A DNA stretch of 56,181 nucleotides. Source: a virus. Taxonomy: Duplodnaviria > Caudoviricetes. How positions within the stretch are numbered: position 1 is the stretch's first letter; every line of letters begins with the position of its first letter. The translations under genes were made by a program, and so were the position numbers. This document shows, one piece after another, positions 19,029 through 28,072 of the stretch. The notes under the pieces are model-generated. The model saw only the letters and a program-made list of their open reading frames with translations, was not told the DNA's origin and searched no databases. The stretch spans positions 1-56,181 of the IMG/VR virus record IMGVR_UViG_3300021420_000040; one strand, written 5' to 3'.

Positions 19029-22000
19029 TCAGTTCAATATGTAGAAATTGAAGCACTCAGGATTCGTCGAAAAGGTTCCCAGATTGATCGTGAAACTGGT
19101 TCCGGCGCTGATGCTGGCAAGTCTCGGAGCCGTGAGTCCTGTGTCCGCAGTCGTATTGCAGGTCACCGAAAGCCTCGATCCCGCTGCGGCGCTCGGCTGG
19201 ATGAGAATGTCGCTGTTCGCGGTTACCGCCGTGGTGCTCACGACGCATGTAGCTGTCGATGCGTTGGTGGCGCAGGAAAAGGCCCCCGCCGCCGCTGCGG
19301 AACACGCTACGAGAGAAGGACTTGCTGCGCTACCGGCGGCAGAACAGTTTGTCGCAGTTGTGTTTGTGTATCCGGTCAAGGGCACGCAATCAGCGTCCCA
19401 TTGATTGCTCGTCCCTTGGTCGATCACCACAGAGCACTTCGAGTGAGCGTAAAGAGCGGCGCTAGAAGATGCCGCGCCGCCATTGAGAGAGATGGTCCAT
19501 GTCGCGGGCGTGACCGTAGCAACGGCGCTATGCATCAAAAAATTGGTGTAGAAGCTGGGATTTACGAGTGTCGTCGGGGTAGGCAGAGAAACGGCGGAGG
19601 CGGGAGTGTAGATTATGTTGTTGTTGTCGCTGTAGGTGACAGCGGACCCTGCCGATTCGTCTACTGTAAGACCCACTTGCGGGCAGGTGAGCGGGACCGC
19701 CGCGCTCGCCGTTACGTTGTAAAGATACTGATATACCCCGTTCGTTGCCGGTGGCGTGCAAGAGCCGTTGCTGCCGTTTGCAACGCTCCAGTTCGACCCA
19801 TCGCAGCGCGCTAGAACTTTGTTGCTGCCCCCACCAGTGATGGTCGCACCGGGAGTAGCTGTAGACGAATCGGTTACCTCTGCCAACCATCCTTCCAGAT
19901 TACAGTTGGGAAGGACTGCGAAGGTACTCGGATACGCTTGGATTAAATTCGCATGCAGCCCCAGTTGGTCTGTGGCGATGGTGTTTTTATAGAGAGAATT
20001 GTAGCCGCCCGCAATGTCCACCACCATCGAGGGGGCAATGCCGGTCAGCGTAGGAGGAGCGCCCCCCGCTTCCGAGCTTCCGTTAAAGATATTTGTAAAA
20101 GTCACGAACGGCAAAAAGGAACCCGTGCTACCGCCAAGAAAAGCGGCGGTGCTAGATGTTTCCGTGTCCTGCTCGGCGAAATCAACGGTAAGATATTGAT
20201 TTATGGTCCCGTTGCCATTGTTGAATGTGAATAAAGGGGTGATGCCGCCTTGCCGATACATCCAATGCAAGGTCCATCGGCTGCCGGGACCAGCGTAAGT
20301 GTCCTGCTGAATGCCTCTGCGATTTAGGAATATTCTTCCGATGTCGATGAACCAATTCGCACCAGTGGTTCCTGGACCGCTAGAACTATTTATTCCGGGC
20401 AAGTACAGCATCGGGCACCAGGAGGAATCAGTCACCTGAGACGGACCTCCAGCAAAAGCGATGCTACTTTCGTGAATTGGATTGCCGCCGCCAGATGAAG
20501 ATCGGAGCATCAAACCAAGACCGCAGTAGTCCCCGTTTCCAGCCTGATTCGTGGTAAATGTGACGTGTTCAAAGTCTAGTTGGTAAGGATCATCGGCCAC
20601 CCAGAGAATCCCTCCGTTTGTTCCGTTGCTGACGACGCTCAAATCCCGCGCTACGCTGCTGTTTGCGCCGTGAGAGAAAACTCCCGGATTCGCCGTACCC
20701 ACTACGACGCAGGCGGCAGTCCCAAAAGCGAAGGCTCCGCTACACCCAGCGTTCCAGTCACCTTCCCACTGGTAGGAGGTTGGAAGTTCCATCGTCTCGT
20801 TTAGATAAAGTTCCCCGGCCTGCTTAATGGAAATCCCGCTCGGCAGTTTCAGGTAGGAGTTCACTATGTAGCCGAGTCGTCCGCCGAATGCGGGGACGGG
20901 AGGAATGTAAACCGTGCAGCCTGTGACCGCCGGCGAACCGTAGCTGCAAGTATTGGCGGCAGCCAGAATCGCGGGGGCATCGTCAAACACGGAAACTTCA
21001 CCAGAAGCATTCTGGCTCGCAGCATTGGCTACGACGATATTGGTCGTCCCTCCCCCGGAGACTACAGTGGTCGTTAATGGATCATTCAACCCAGAGGCAC
21101 TGGTGCAATCTGCGTCGGTGATGTAATCGGAATCGAAACTATTGTTGCCCTGAATCGTCGGTCCCCAGTCATAGAAAGAAGCGTTGGGGTAGGCAGAACC
21201 ATCTTGGAAACTGGGACCTGTCTCCCCGATGACGTGGAGTGCGCCGTCGCCGGGGCGTTGCGCACAGACGTAATAGGCGGAAGAAAGAGTGCTTCCCTGG
21301 CTGAAATCCACATAAATCCCAGTATAGTAAGAAACGCTTCCGCCCGTGCTGGATACGCTGCCGAGGATTCGAGAGTCCACTCCGGTCGCTGTGATTGTGA
21401 AAGCGTTCCCCGCATTGTTGACAGTGGCGATGTTGAACCATCCAGATAAAAGAGCATTCGTACTCCCGCTGAGATGAACTTCCGCCCCGACTCCAAGGGC
21501 CTGTGTTCCTGTTGTCGTGCAAGAGATGGTAGTGCCGGAGAGAGAGCAGGCTGAAAGTGTGAGGTTTGTCAATCCCAGAGCCGTTGGCCCAGTCGTAATG
21601 GTAACCGCCGCTGATGCGGGAGTCAGACCGCCGTAGATGTCTCGGCCAAATACCGCGTATTTGTATGTCGAACTTCCGTTCGGCGGAGAGACTGGATCAA
21701 CATAACCATTGATCCCCGTCTGGTAAGGACTGGTTCCCGCCACGGCCAGTACCGGGGTTGGTCCATGCGCCAAGGAGATTGTTCCCATCGTTTCCGTCGC
21801 GCCGCATCCGTAGATCGTCATGCCATAGCCGTTCAGGAAAAACCCGTGGGCCATCGTGATCGAGGTGGAGCTTCGCGTACAGGTCGCCGTATCCCTGATC
21901 GTGCTTCCAGGCAGGCCGGCGATGGCCCCGAATGCCGTGATGTCCGCGTAAGGATCAATCCCCTTGATTAGTAGACTATTCCCATCGGGAGTGGTTATAC

Positions 22001-22652
22001 CTGCCGCACCTCCGAATGCACTAGCATTATTGAATTGCAAATCACCGGAAATTCCTCCTGGAAGAGTGGTCGTGTTTGTCGAATTGAACGTTACCCCTCC
22101 TACCCCATCTGCCGAAATCGTGACATTGCTACCATTTTTTAGGTTCAAAAGAGTCTGAGTTATATTCGTAACCCCATTAGTCTCTAAAATCGGTGCCGTC
22201 CCGCCTCCACCGCCACCGCAAGTTGGAAGGGTAGCCGCAGCCGCGTGAAGCTGTGCGGAGATATTCTCCGAAACTCCGCTAATCGTCAGCGAGACATTGA
22301 ATCCTACGGTTTGCCCGGCAAAGCAAACGCTCGCCGATTGCACGAAAAATGCCCACATAGACCCGACAGACCCAGTATGGCCATCACTGATGAGCGTGTT
22401 GTCGATTAGCGTGGTCGAGAAGTTTCCGAAAGAATCGCACTGGACAATCGGAACCGTGGTGTTGAACGTGCTCCCGTTGATCGTCGGGACGGTTGTTGCT
22501 GTCGGAGACGGAACATAGGAGACGTTGACCTTGCAACCTTGGTAAGGCTTTCCCGAGGGGTCCGTCACAGTGGCAGTTACAGCCGTAGTCTGCCCTCGGG
22601 CCGAAACAGCAAGCCCCAAAACGAGCAGAACGAGGATACCGAGCCTATTCAT
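19029..22652 (-). CDS. Tailspike/fibre-like protein with signal peptide, 1207 aa
   Basis: Signal peptide ending ARG-Q; DITAFGA...DDAPAILAAA pectate-lyase-like tailspike motif; GDLQFNN..FGG fibre motif. Confidence 0.75.
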   Translation of the reverse strand: MNRLGILVLLVLGLAVSARGQTTAVTATVTDPSGKPYQGCKVNVSYVPSPTATTVPTINGSTFNTTVPIVQCDSFGNFSTTLIDNTLISDGHTGSVGSMWAFFVQSASVCFAGQTVGFNVSLTISGVSENISAQLHAAAATLPTCGGGGGGTAPILETNGVTNITQTLLNLKNGSNVTISADGVGGVTFNSTNTTTLPGGISGDLQFNNASAFGGAAGITTPDGNSLLIKGIDPYADITAFGAIAGLPGSTIRDTATCTRSSTSITMAHGFFLNGYGMTIYGCGATETMGTISLAHGPTPVLAVAGTSPYQTGINGYVDPVSPPNGSSTYKYAVFGRDIYGGLTPASAAVTITTGPTALGLTNLTLSACSLSGTTISCTTTGTQALGVGAEVHLSGSTNALLSGWFNIATVNNAGNAFTITATGVDSRILGSVSSTGGSVSYYTGIYVDFSQGSTLSSAYYVCAQRPGDGALHVIGETGPSFQDGSAYPNASFYDWGPTIQGNNSFDSDYITDADCTSASGLNDPLTTTVVSGGGTTNIVVANAASQNASGEVSVFDDAPAILAAANTCSYGSPAVTGCTVYIPPVPAFGGRLGYIVNSYLKLPSGISIKQAGELYLNETMELPTSYQWEGDWNAGCSGAFAFGTAACVVVGTANPGVFSHGANSSVARDLSVVSNGTNGGILWVADDPYQLDFEHVTFTTNQAGNGDYCGLGLMLRSSSGGGNPIHESSIAFAGGPSQVTDSSWCPMLYLPGINSSSGPGTTGANWFIDIGRIFLNRRGIQQDTYAGPGSRWTLHWMYRQGGITPLFTFNNGNGTINQYLTVDFAEQDTETSSTAAFLGGSTGSFLPFVTFTNIFNGSSEAGGAPPTLTGIAPSMVVDIAGGYNSLYKNTIATDQLGLHANLIQAYPSTFAVLPNCNLEGWLAEVTDSSTATPGATITGGGSNKVLARCDGSNWSVANGSNGSCTPPATNGVYQYLYNVTASAAVPLTCPQVGLTVDESAGSAVTYSDNNNIIYTPASAVSLPTPTTLVNPSFYTNFLMHSAVATVTPATWTISLNGGAASSSAALYAHSKCSVVIDQGTSNQWDADCVPLTGYTNTTATNCSAAGSAASPSLVACSAAAAGAFSCATNASTATCVVSTTAVTANSDILIQPSAAAGSRLSVTCNTTADTGLTAPRLASISAGTSFTINLGTFSTNPECFNFYILN

Positions 22653-22863
22653 CGGCTTTCTTCCCGCCTCGATTCGTGTTGATGGATTGCGGGCGGCTGC
22701 CCATATTTGATTGGCGAAACTGACGGGTTAAAGTAAAAACCTCTTCTTTGTAAGGTTCTTCCTCAGCCCCCGCCGTATTAGGCGTGACCATCTCAGGGTC
22801 TAATTCACTTTGCCAGCATTCGGCCATTCTTTTCTTCAAGTTTTCGTCGAAAGTAGAGGCCAT
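22645..22863 (-). CDS. Hypothetical protein
   Basis: AAGGAG RBS; overlaps the next start. Confidence 0.65.
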   Translation of the reverse strand: MASTFDENLKKRMAECWQSELDPEMVTPNTAGAEEEPYKEEVFTLTRQFRQSNMGSRPQSINTNRGGKKADE

Positions 22864-22923
22864 AAAATAGTCTCCTTATGCTAAAATAGCGGCTGGTAGC
22901 ACCAAGTCCTTTAGGGAGGACCG

Positions 22924-23448
22924 ATGCGAAAACCGCGTGTGCGAAGACACGAAGTTGTCCAGCCGCTTGATGAATCCTACCGCCTGATCCCACTTACGCA
23001 AGGGAAAAATGCCATCGTGGATGCAACTGATTACGAATGGATCAAGCAGTGGAATTGGTGTTCTATTAAAATTGGGAATAACACATATGCATCTGCGTTT
23101 GATGGAAAGAAAAATGTTTACATGCACAGGAAGATTCTTAATCCTAAAAAAGGATTGCAGGTAGATCACATCAACCGTAACGGATTGGATAACAGGAGAG
23201 AAAATCTTCGTCAATGTTCCCGCGCTGAAAATTCTTGGAATACCGAGAAGCCCGTCACTAATACCAGTGGTTTTAAGGGAGTCTATTGGGATAAATCTAG
23301 GAGGAAGTGGCTTGTGCTCGTAAAAAAGAGGGGTAAATGCTTCAGTGGTGGAAGATTTACCCTTAAGGAACAAGCCATTGAATCTTACAATGAGTTGGTA
23401 CGAAAGCATCATGGTGAATTCGCCCTATTGAATCCGTATCGTCAATAG
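22924..23448 (+). CDS. HNH-AP2 homing endonuclease
   Basis: IPLTQGK.AIVD, MHRKIL, VDHINRNGLDNRRENLR, NTSGFKGVYW, HGEFA.LN. Confidence 0.92.
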   Translation: MRKPRVRRHEVVQPLDESYRLIPLTQGKNAIVDATDYEWIKQWNWCSIKIGNNTYASAFDGKKNVYMHRKILNPKKGLQVDHINRNGLDNRRENLRQCSRAENSWNTEKPVTNTSGFKGVYWDKSRRKWLVLVKKRGKCFSGGRFTLKEQAIESYNELVRKHHGEFALLNPYRQ

Positions 23449-23612
23449 CGTCTGCCGCTCCGACGCTTGGTCCTTTTTGCTGAATGTTTCACTTTTCTCT
23501 TCCGGCCAGCAACATATACCTCTTTCGCATGAGTCGGGATGTGGTGGATATGAGTGTAAGCCCTGTATTTCCTGTATGATTCAGGACTTTCGAAATGCTC
23601 AGTTCCGGGCAT
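23442..23612 (-). CDS. Small basic protein, 56 aa
   Basis: Own translation MPGTEHFES...KRTKRRSGRRY. Confidence 0.6.
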   Translation of the reverse strand: MPGTEHFESPESYRKYRAYTHIHHIPTHAKEVYVAGRKRKVKHSAKRTKRRSGRRY

Positions 23613-23614
23613 AG

Positions 23615-23770
23615 CTACGCCCTCTTCCCGTCCCGGCGCTTGTGGACTCGGACGGGCTGCTTCTTGGTTCTGTGAAGCGATTTGCCGCGCCCTTTCATGC
23701 GGCGCTCTTCTCCATATTCCTTGGCCGAGGTTTCTGACTGCGGTTCTTGCCCCTGACCTCTAACTTTCAT
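23615..23770 (-). CDS. Small basic protein, 51 aa
   Basis: GGAG RBS; MKVRGQG...RVHKRRDGKRA. Confidence 0.6.
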   Translation of the reverse strand: MKVRGQGQEPQSETSAKEYGEERRMKGRGKSLHRTKKQPVRVHKRRDGKRA

Positions 23771-23780
23771 GTAGATTCTC

Positions 23781-25637
23781 CTATTTGGCTCCCGCGAGCC
23801 ACCTTTGAACCGTAGGATTCGCTAGAAATCGAGCGAGCGCTCTCTGAATCGGAGCGTACCGAGCGCCGTAAGGTCGAGATTCGTACCGTCCGAAGCCTCC
23901 GGATAGCTGTTTTGCCCGCTCCTGAATCATCTTCAGCCGCCATTCGACCGGATCGAACTCTGGCTCAGTCGGTGCCGGCGGAGTTTTCTTCAAATTCACC
24001 GGAGTTGATTCCGGATACGTTGGCTTCTCCGGAAGCGCGGCCTCTTTCACTGTTTTCGGCAATCCCCGAGCTTGCTGAATCTTCTCCTGCATCAACTGTA
24101 ATGCCGCCTGCGCGTTTCCGGCTCCCTTGTACCGGGAGAGCATCTGCTGGGCGATGGAATACTGCTTCGGATCAGAGAGAATCGACTGCACGTACTCGGG
24201 ACGAATTTGCCTCGTGACCGGGTCGAACGCTGCAAGTACGCGCGCGATGGGAGAGCCGTTCTTTACTGCCGTGTTGTACCAAGTGTTTTCGAGTTTCGCC
24301 CAATTCTTCTGCGCCACGTTGAACCGATAGGACTTATTCTCGGCAGCGGCCATCTTTTCCATCTGGTCACCGATGATCTTCTTGGCCGCAAGCGTGGCGG
24401 CGCGCTCGTCTCCTTCTAGAGCGTAGGCAGCCTTGCCGAGTTCGCTGTAATAGCCGTGCAGCTTGTCGAAGGTCATGCCGGCGGCGTTCTTTCCCTCGAT
24501 TCGAGCTATCTCTTCGGGCGTGAAGGCCCCCGAAGCCTTGTATCGCTGGTAGGCCGCAAGATCGCCGGCGCTACTGAGGTCTAGGGTCCTACCTCCGATT
24601 GCAGGACCAGTCGATTTACCGGGGATGGGCGATGTTTCCTGCAAGATGCGGTTTACGACTGTCGGAACCTTCTCCGACCCCTTGAGTCCACCTTCCACGG
24701 CGTCCTGTATTTGGGTGTGCAGAGCCGACGTATCGGCGGTTCCTCCGACCTCCGGATACAATGACTTGGCAACCGCTGTTTCCTGCTCTCGGAGCGTTTG
24801 CAGGGAGTCTCCGAGTTGCTTGGCGCTCTGTTGCACCTCTCCGGTAAGCTGCTGGCGCTGCGCTACGCCTGTCTTCGAGGCTTCGGTCTTAGCTTTGGCC
24901 GCTTCGGTGGCTTCGGCGTGCTGCTTGTCGATGTCTCCGATCTTCTGGCGCTCGATGTCCCGCGATTTGGCCAGTTCCTCTGCATTCTCTCCTGCTATTT
25001 TCTTAGTAAGTTCGGCGTGCTCAGTCTTCAATTTGGCGAAATTCTCCGTTTCCGCCTGCCGAGCGAAGTTTTCTGCCGTCTTACCGACCCCGATGTAGCT
25101 TTGAATCGGTGGACGGACGGCCTCAGTACCGATTTCGGGCGATCTTGCCATAAGGGCCATAATCGCCGCTTTTGTCAAATCTCTCCCCATCGGAGTTGCG
25201 AGATCACCCCCTTTCCGAACGCCCGAAATCCACTGGGCTGCTGACGGACCCAGCACTTTAGCGAGTGGACCAAATCCAGTCGATCCTATGAGGGCCGAAG
25301 CCTCGGCGTACTTGCCCTGCTTTATGTACTCCCGGGCTTGCTGGATCGCCTGCAACGGATACTCGGCGGTCGATTTCGTGTCGTTATAGGCCGCTTTTGC
25401 CAGTCGAACAGGAGCAGCGCCCACCGGAGATAGGGCTTCCGTTAGGTTCTGTGGCGGCGTGGCGAATCCCGACACCACATCCGAAATGGGCTGCTTCACC
25501 ATCTCATCGACACCTTGCCGAATCCCCTGTACGGCGCGGTCTCCGGCCCCGGGGCCTTGAAAGGGCAGCCACTTTCCGCCGTCCCACTGGAATTTCTCTC
25601 CAGTCTTGTCGTCCGTGAATATGTAGGTCTGCGGCAT
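23781..25637 (-). CDS. Putative internal virion / DNA ejection protein
   Basis: 618 aa, helical and Ala/Lys-rich; position downstream of tail tube genes. Confidence 0.55.
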   Translation of the reverse strand: MPQTYIFTDDKTGEKFQWDGGKWLPFQGPGAGDRAVQGIRQGVDEMVKQPISDVVSGFATPPQNLTEALSPVGAAPVRLAKAAYNDTKSTAEYPLQAIQQAREYIKQGKYAEASALIGSTGFGPLAKVLGPSAAQWISGVRKGGDLATPMGRDLTKAAIMALMARSPEIGTEAVRPPIQSYIGVGKTAENFARQAETENFAKLKTEHAELTKKIAGENAEELAKSRDIERQKIGDIDKQHAEATEAAKAKTEASKTGVAQRQQLTGEVQQSAKQLGDSLQTLREQETAVAKSLYPEVGGTADTSALHTQIQDAVEGGLKGSEKVPTVVNRILQETSPIPGKSTGPAIGGRTLDLSSAGDLAAYQRYKASGAFTPEEIARIEGKNAAGMTFDKLHGYYSELGKAAYALEGDERAATLAAKKIIGDQMEKMAAAENKSYRFNVAQKNWAKLENTWYNTAVKNGSPIARVLAAFDPVTRQIRPEYVQSILSDPKQYSIAQQMLSRYKGAGNAQAALQLMQEKIQQARGLPKTVKEAALPEKPTYPESTPVNLKKTPPAPTEPEFDPVEWRLKMIQERAKQLSGGFGRYESRPYGARYAPIQRALARFLANPTVQRWLAGAK

Positions 25638-26650
25638 TAATGCGTCGAAATCGTCCCAGTTCTCCCGGGAGGCGGTCCCGGAGGCGGCGGAATTGTCGGC
25701 CCGCCGACATCTCCCACGGCATCCTTGATGCTGTTCAGGATGTCTTGATACTCGGCCTTGGAATAGGCTGCCGATTCGTAGTGCGCCCTACCGATAATCG
25801 GTAATCCCGGCTTCCGGCCCCTGGTAAGCAAGTCCTGTCGGTGCGCGGTGCCTCCAAACACCCTATCTGCTGCCTGTGCTAGCCTTTGGCTGTCCCCGGG
25901 AGACGGGTTCTCCGGAGGCGGAGTCTTTAGCAAGTTCAGCACATCCGGAGGAATAGGCTTCGTCTTGGCCGAATCGGCGATCCAATCGTCATAACTACCG
26001 CCGGGATGAGTCTTGAGCCACAATTCGAAGGGCGTCTTGGTGCCGCCTTCTCCAGTTCCCGGTTCCTTCGCCGGCCCGAGCCTCACATATTGCTTGGTAG
26101 CGTCCCGAGGCCCCGGAACCTTTCCGGTAGGATCGTATTGCCAGCGGTAGCCACCGAAAACCTCGGTCTTCAGTTCCTCTTTGGGCGGTGTTCCGGATTC
26201 GGAACGCGATGACAGGAATCGGTTGTAGTCCTCCATCACCTTTTCGGGTGCCATGCCAGCGTCGAGGCTGCCGATCAGGCCGGACATGACCCGCTTTTCG
26301 AGTGGCGTGGCATCCGGTCTATTCGCGTATTCGAGCAGCGAAGATCGGAACTTCTCTTTGTCTACCGCTGGCGGAGCACCGGGAGTCAACTGCTGCATCT
26401 TGTATCCGGTCGCCGGGCTGTAGGTGAATCCTGCGAGGCCCCCATCGGGTGTCTTCTGAACGCCTTCAGGTTGCGCCTGCCCGAAAGCGGAGAGTTTCTG
26501 CTGAATCTCCTGAATCTGAAGCTGGGCCATCAACTGCTTCAGCTTGTCCGCAGCCGCTTGGGTAGCCTGATCGCGGTTCGCAAAAACCGCGTTGGCAGCG
26601 TCGTTTCCCGCCGATCCTACTACCCTCGCAAATGATCCGAAGCTACTCAA
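25637..26650 (-). CDS. Putative internal virion / ejection protein
   Basis: Synteny; Gln/Ala-rich N-terminus. Confidence 0.55.
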   Translation of the reverse strand: MSSFGSFARVVGSAGNDAANAVFANRDQATQAAADKLKQLMAQLQIQEIQQKLSAFGQAQPEGVQKTPDGGLAGFTYSPATGYKMQQLTPGAPPAVDKEKFRSSLLEYANRPDATPLEKRVMSGLIGSLDAGMAPEKVMEDYNRFLSSRSESGTPPKEELKTEVFGGYRWQYDPTGKVPGPRDATKQYVRLGPAKEPGTGEGGTKTPFELWLKTHPGGSYDDWIADSAKTKPIPPDVLNLLKTPPPENPSPGDSQRLAQAADRVFGGTAHRQDLLTRGRKPGLPIIGRAHYESAAYSKAEYQDILNSIKDAVGDVGGPTIPPPPGPPPGRTGTISTH

Positions 26651-27285
26651 GCGTTCACTCCCAGAAGACTTCCGACATCATTGAATAGGTCGGGACTCGT
26701 CGGAGTAAAGGTATCGCTTTGGTTTCCGCCCGAGATCGGCGTGTTGATGTACTGATTCGGAGGCGTCAATGGGAGATTCCCGCCACCCGGATTTGCATTT
26801 GCCAGTTGCAGGCGTTGGAGTTGCTGGAGGAAGAGTTGGAATGCCGGGGTCATGTTTTGTTGCTTCGGAAGGTACTGCGCGATGGCCGAAGCGTATGAGA
26901 TCGGCAGACCTAGTTGGGTCATCACTTGTTGCAGTGCCGTTTGGTAGTTCTGTTCCGCTAACGGAGCAAGGGCTTGGGACTCTTCCGACGCAAAGATGCC
27001 CGGAGCCTGCGCCAATCCTCGGGAAGCAAGGTCACCCTGCACCTGATTGCCGATGGCCTGGGTCTGCGCTGTGGTGATCGGCTGTGTCGCTGCGTTGATC
27101 TTGGCACTCAGTTGCGCCGGCGTCAGGCTGGTGATGGCGTTTTCTTGGTTCTGGAGTGTCTTTTGTTCGCTCGCAGCTTCATTTCCGGCGACAAGATTAC
27201 CGATCTCCCCGAGGCCGAGGCTGGTCCCGGAGGCGATTGCTGGAAAACTCGGGCTAGAGAAGAAGCTGCCTAGTGATCCGGCCAT
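26647..27285 (-). CDS. Putative ejection (pilot) protein
   Basis: Gly/Ala hydrophobic N-terminus, LASRGL motif, Gln-rich. Confidence 0.55.
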   Translation of the reverse strand: MAGSLGSFFSSPSFPAIASGTSLGLGEIGNLVAGNEAASEQKTLQNQENAITSLTPAQLSAKINAATQPITTAQTQAIGNQVQGDLASRGLAQAPGIFASEESQALAPLAEQNYQTALQQVMTQLGLPISYASAIAQYLPKQQNMTPAFQLFLQQLQRLQLANANPGGGNLPLTPPNQYINTPISGGNQSDTFTPTSPDLFNDVGSLLGVNA

Positions 27286-27287
27286 AT

Positions 27288-27560
27288 TTACCCCGGCGTC
27301 CCGTAAAGTTGGTCCACCAAAGCCGCTTGAGCCGATGGAGACAATCCCTGCCCGGTATTTGCTTGCGCATTGGCCGAAGCTCCGCCAGCCTGTTGCGAAG
27401 CCTGCTGAACTTGGGTCGGACTCAGGACATTGGCTGGTGGAAGCGTCGGCATTGTCGGCGTAGATGGCTTATTCACGTCATTGTAGATAGCGCTGCCAAC
27501 GCCAACGCCGGCGCTGCCGATACCCGCAATCGCAGCAATAATCGGAAGAATTGCAGCCAT
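27288..27560 (-). CDS. Small virion/ejection protein
   Basis: AIAGIGSAGVGVGSA N-terminus, directly after the GNAT. Confidence 0.55.
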   Translation of the reverse strand: MAAILPIIAAIAGIGSAGVGVGSAIYNDVNKPSTPTMPTLPPANVLSPTQVQQASQQAGGASANAQANTGQGLSPSAQAALVDQLYGTPG

Positions 27561-27568
27561 ATTCGCTC

Positions 27569-28072
27569 CTAGAGCATCTTCGAGTACAGCCGTTCAATCG
27601 GTGTCCAGCCCAAACGCTCGAAAATAGCTCCAACATCCAAATGCAATTTCACAGCGGTCATCAGCTTCACGACTCCGCGTTCCTTCATCGACTTTTCAAC
27701 ATATTTGAACAGGTTGATCCCAATTCGGCCCTTCCGGTAGTCCGGGTGAATGAAGAAAATATCGGTAATCCCATGCAGCGTGCTCTTGTAGTGCAAGTGC
27801 GGCACGATCATCCCGACGTGATAGCCGATGAGCTTCCCCGGGTCCCAAGCTGACTTCTGGATGTTTCCGTCCCTCGCTGTGACAATGTGCAAAACTCCCT
27901 TGTCGGCTAGTTCCTTGTATCGGGACACGTCGATGTCCAGCTTGATCGTGTCCTTGTTCAGCGCGATCTCTTCCCAATGCTCTTGGAGGAGTTCCTGCGC
28001 TTCCTCGAAAGCGGTATCGAATGGCTCGACCGCGTAGACGATCATCTGTTTGGTTTCTACGAGCGTGCTCAT
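27569..28072 (-). CDS. GNAT acetyltransferase-fold protein
   Basis: DIFFIHPDYRKGRIGINLF...FERLGW. Confidence 0.85.
   Translation of the reverse strand: MSTLVETKQMIVYAVEPFDTAFEEAQELLQEHWEEIALNKDTIKLDIDVSRYKELADKGVLHIVTARDGNIQKSAWDPGKLIGYHVGMIVPHLHYKSTLHGITDIFFIHPDYRKGRIGINLFKYVEKSMKERGVVKLMTAVKLHLDVGAIFERLGWTPIERLYSKML

Noticed and set aside
22876-23412. 178-aa minus-strand ORF
   Set aside because: Antisense shadow of the HNH-AP2 gene
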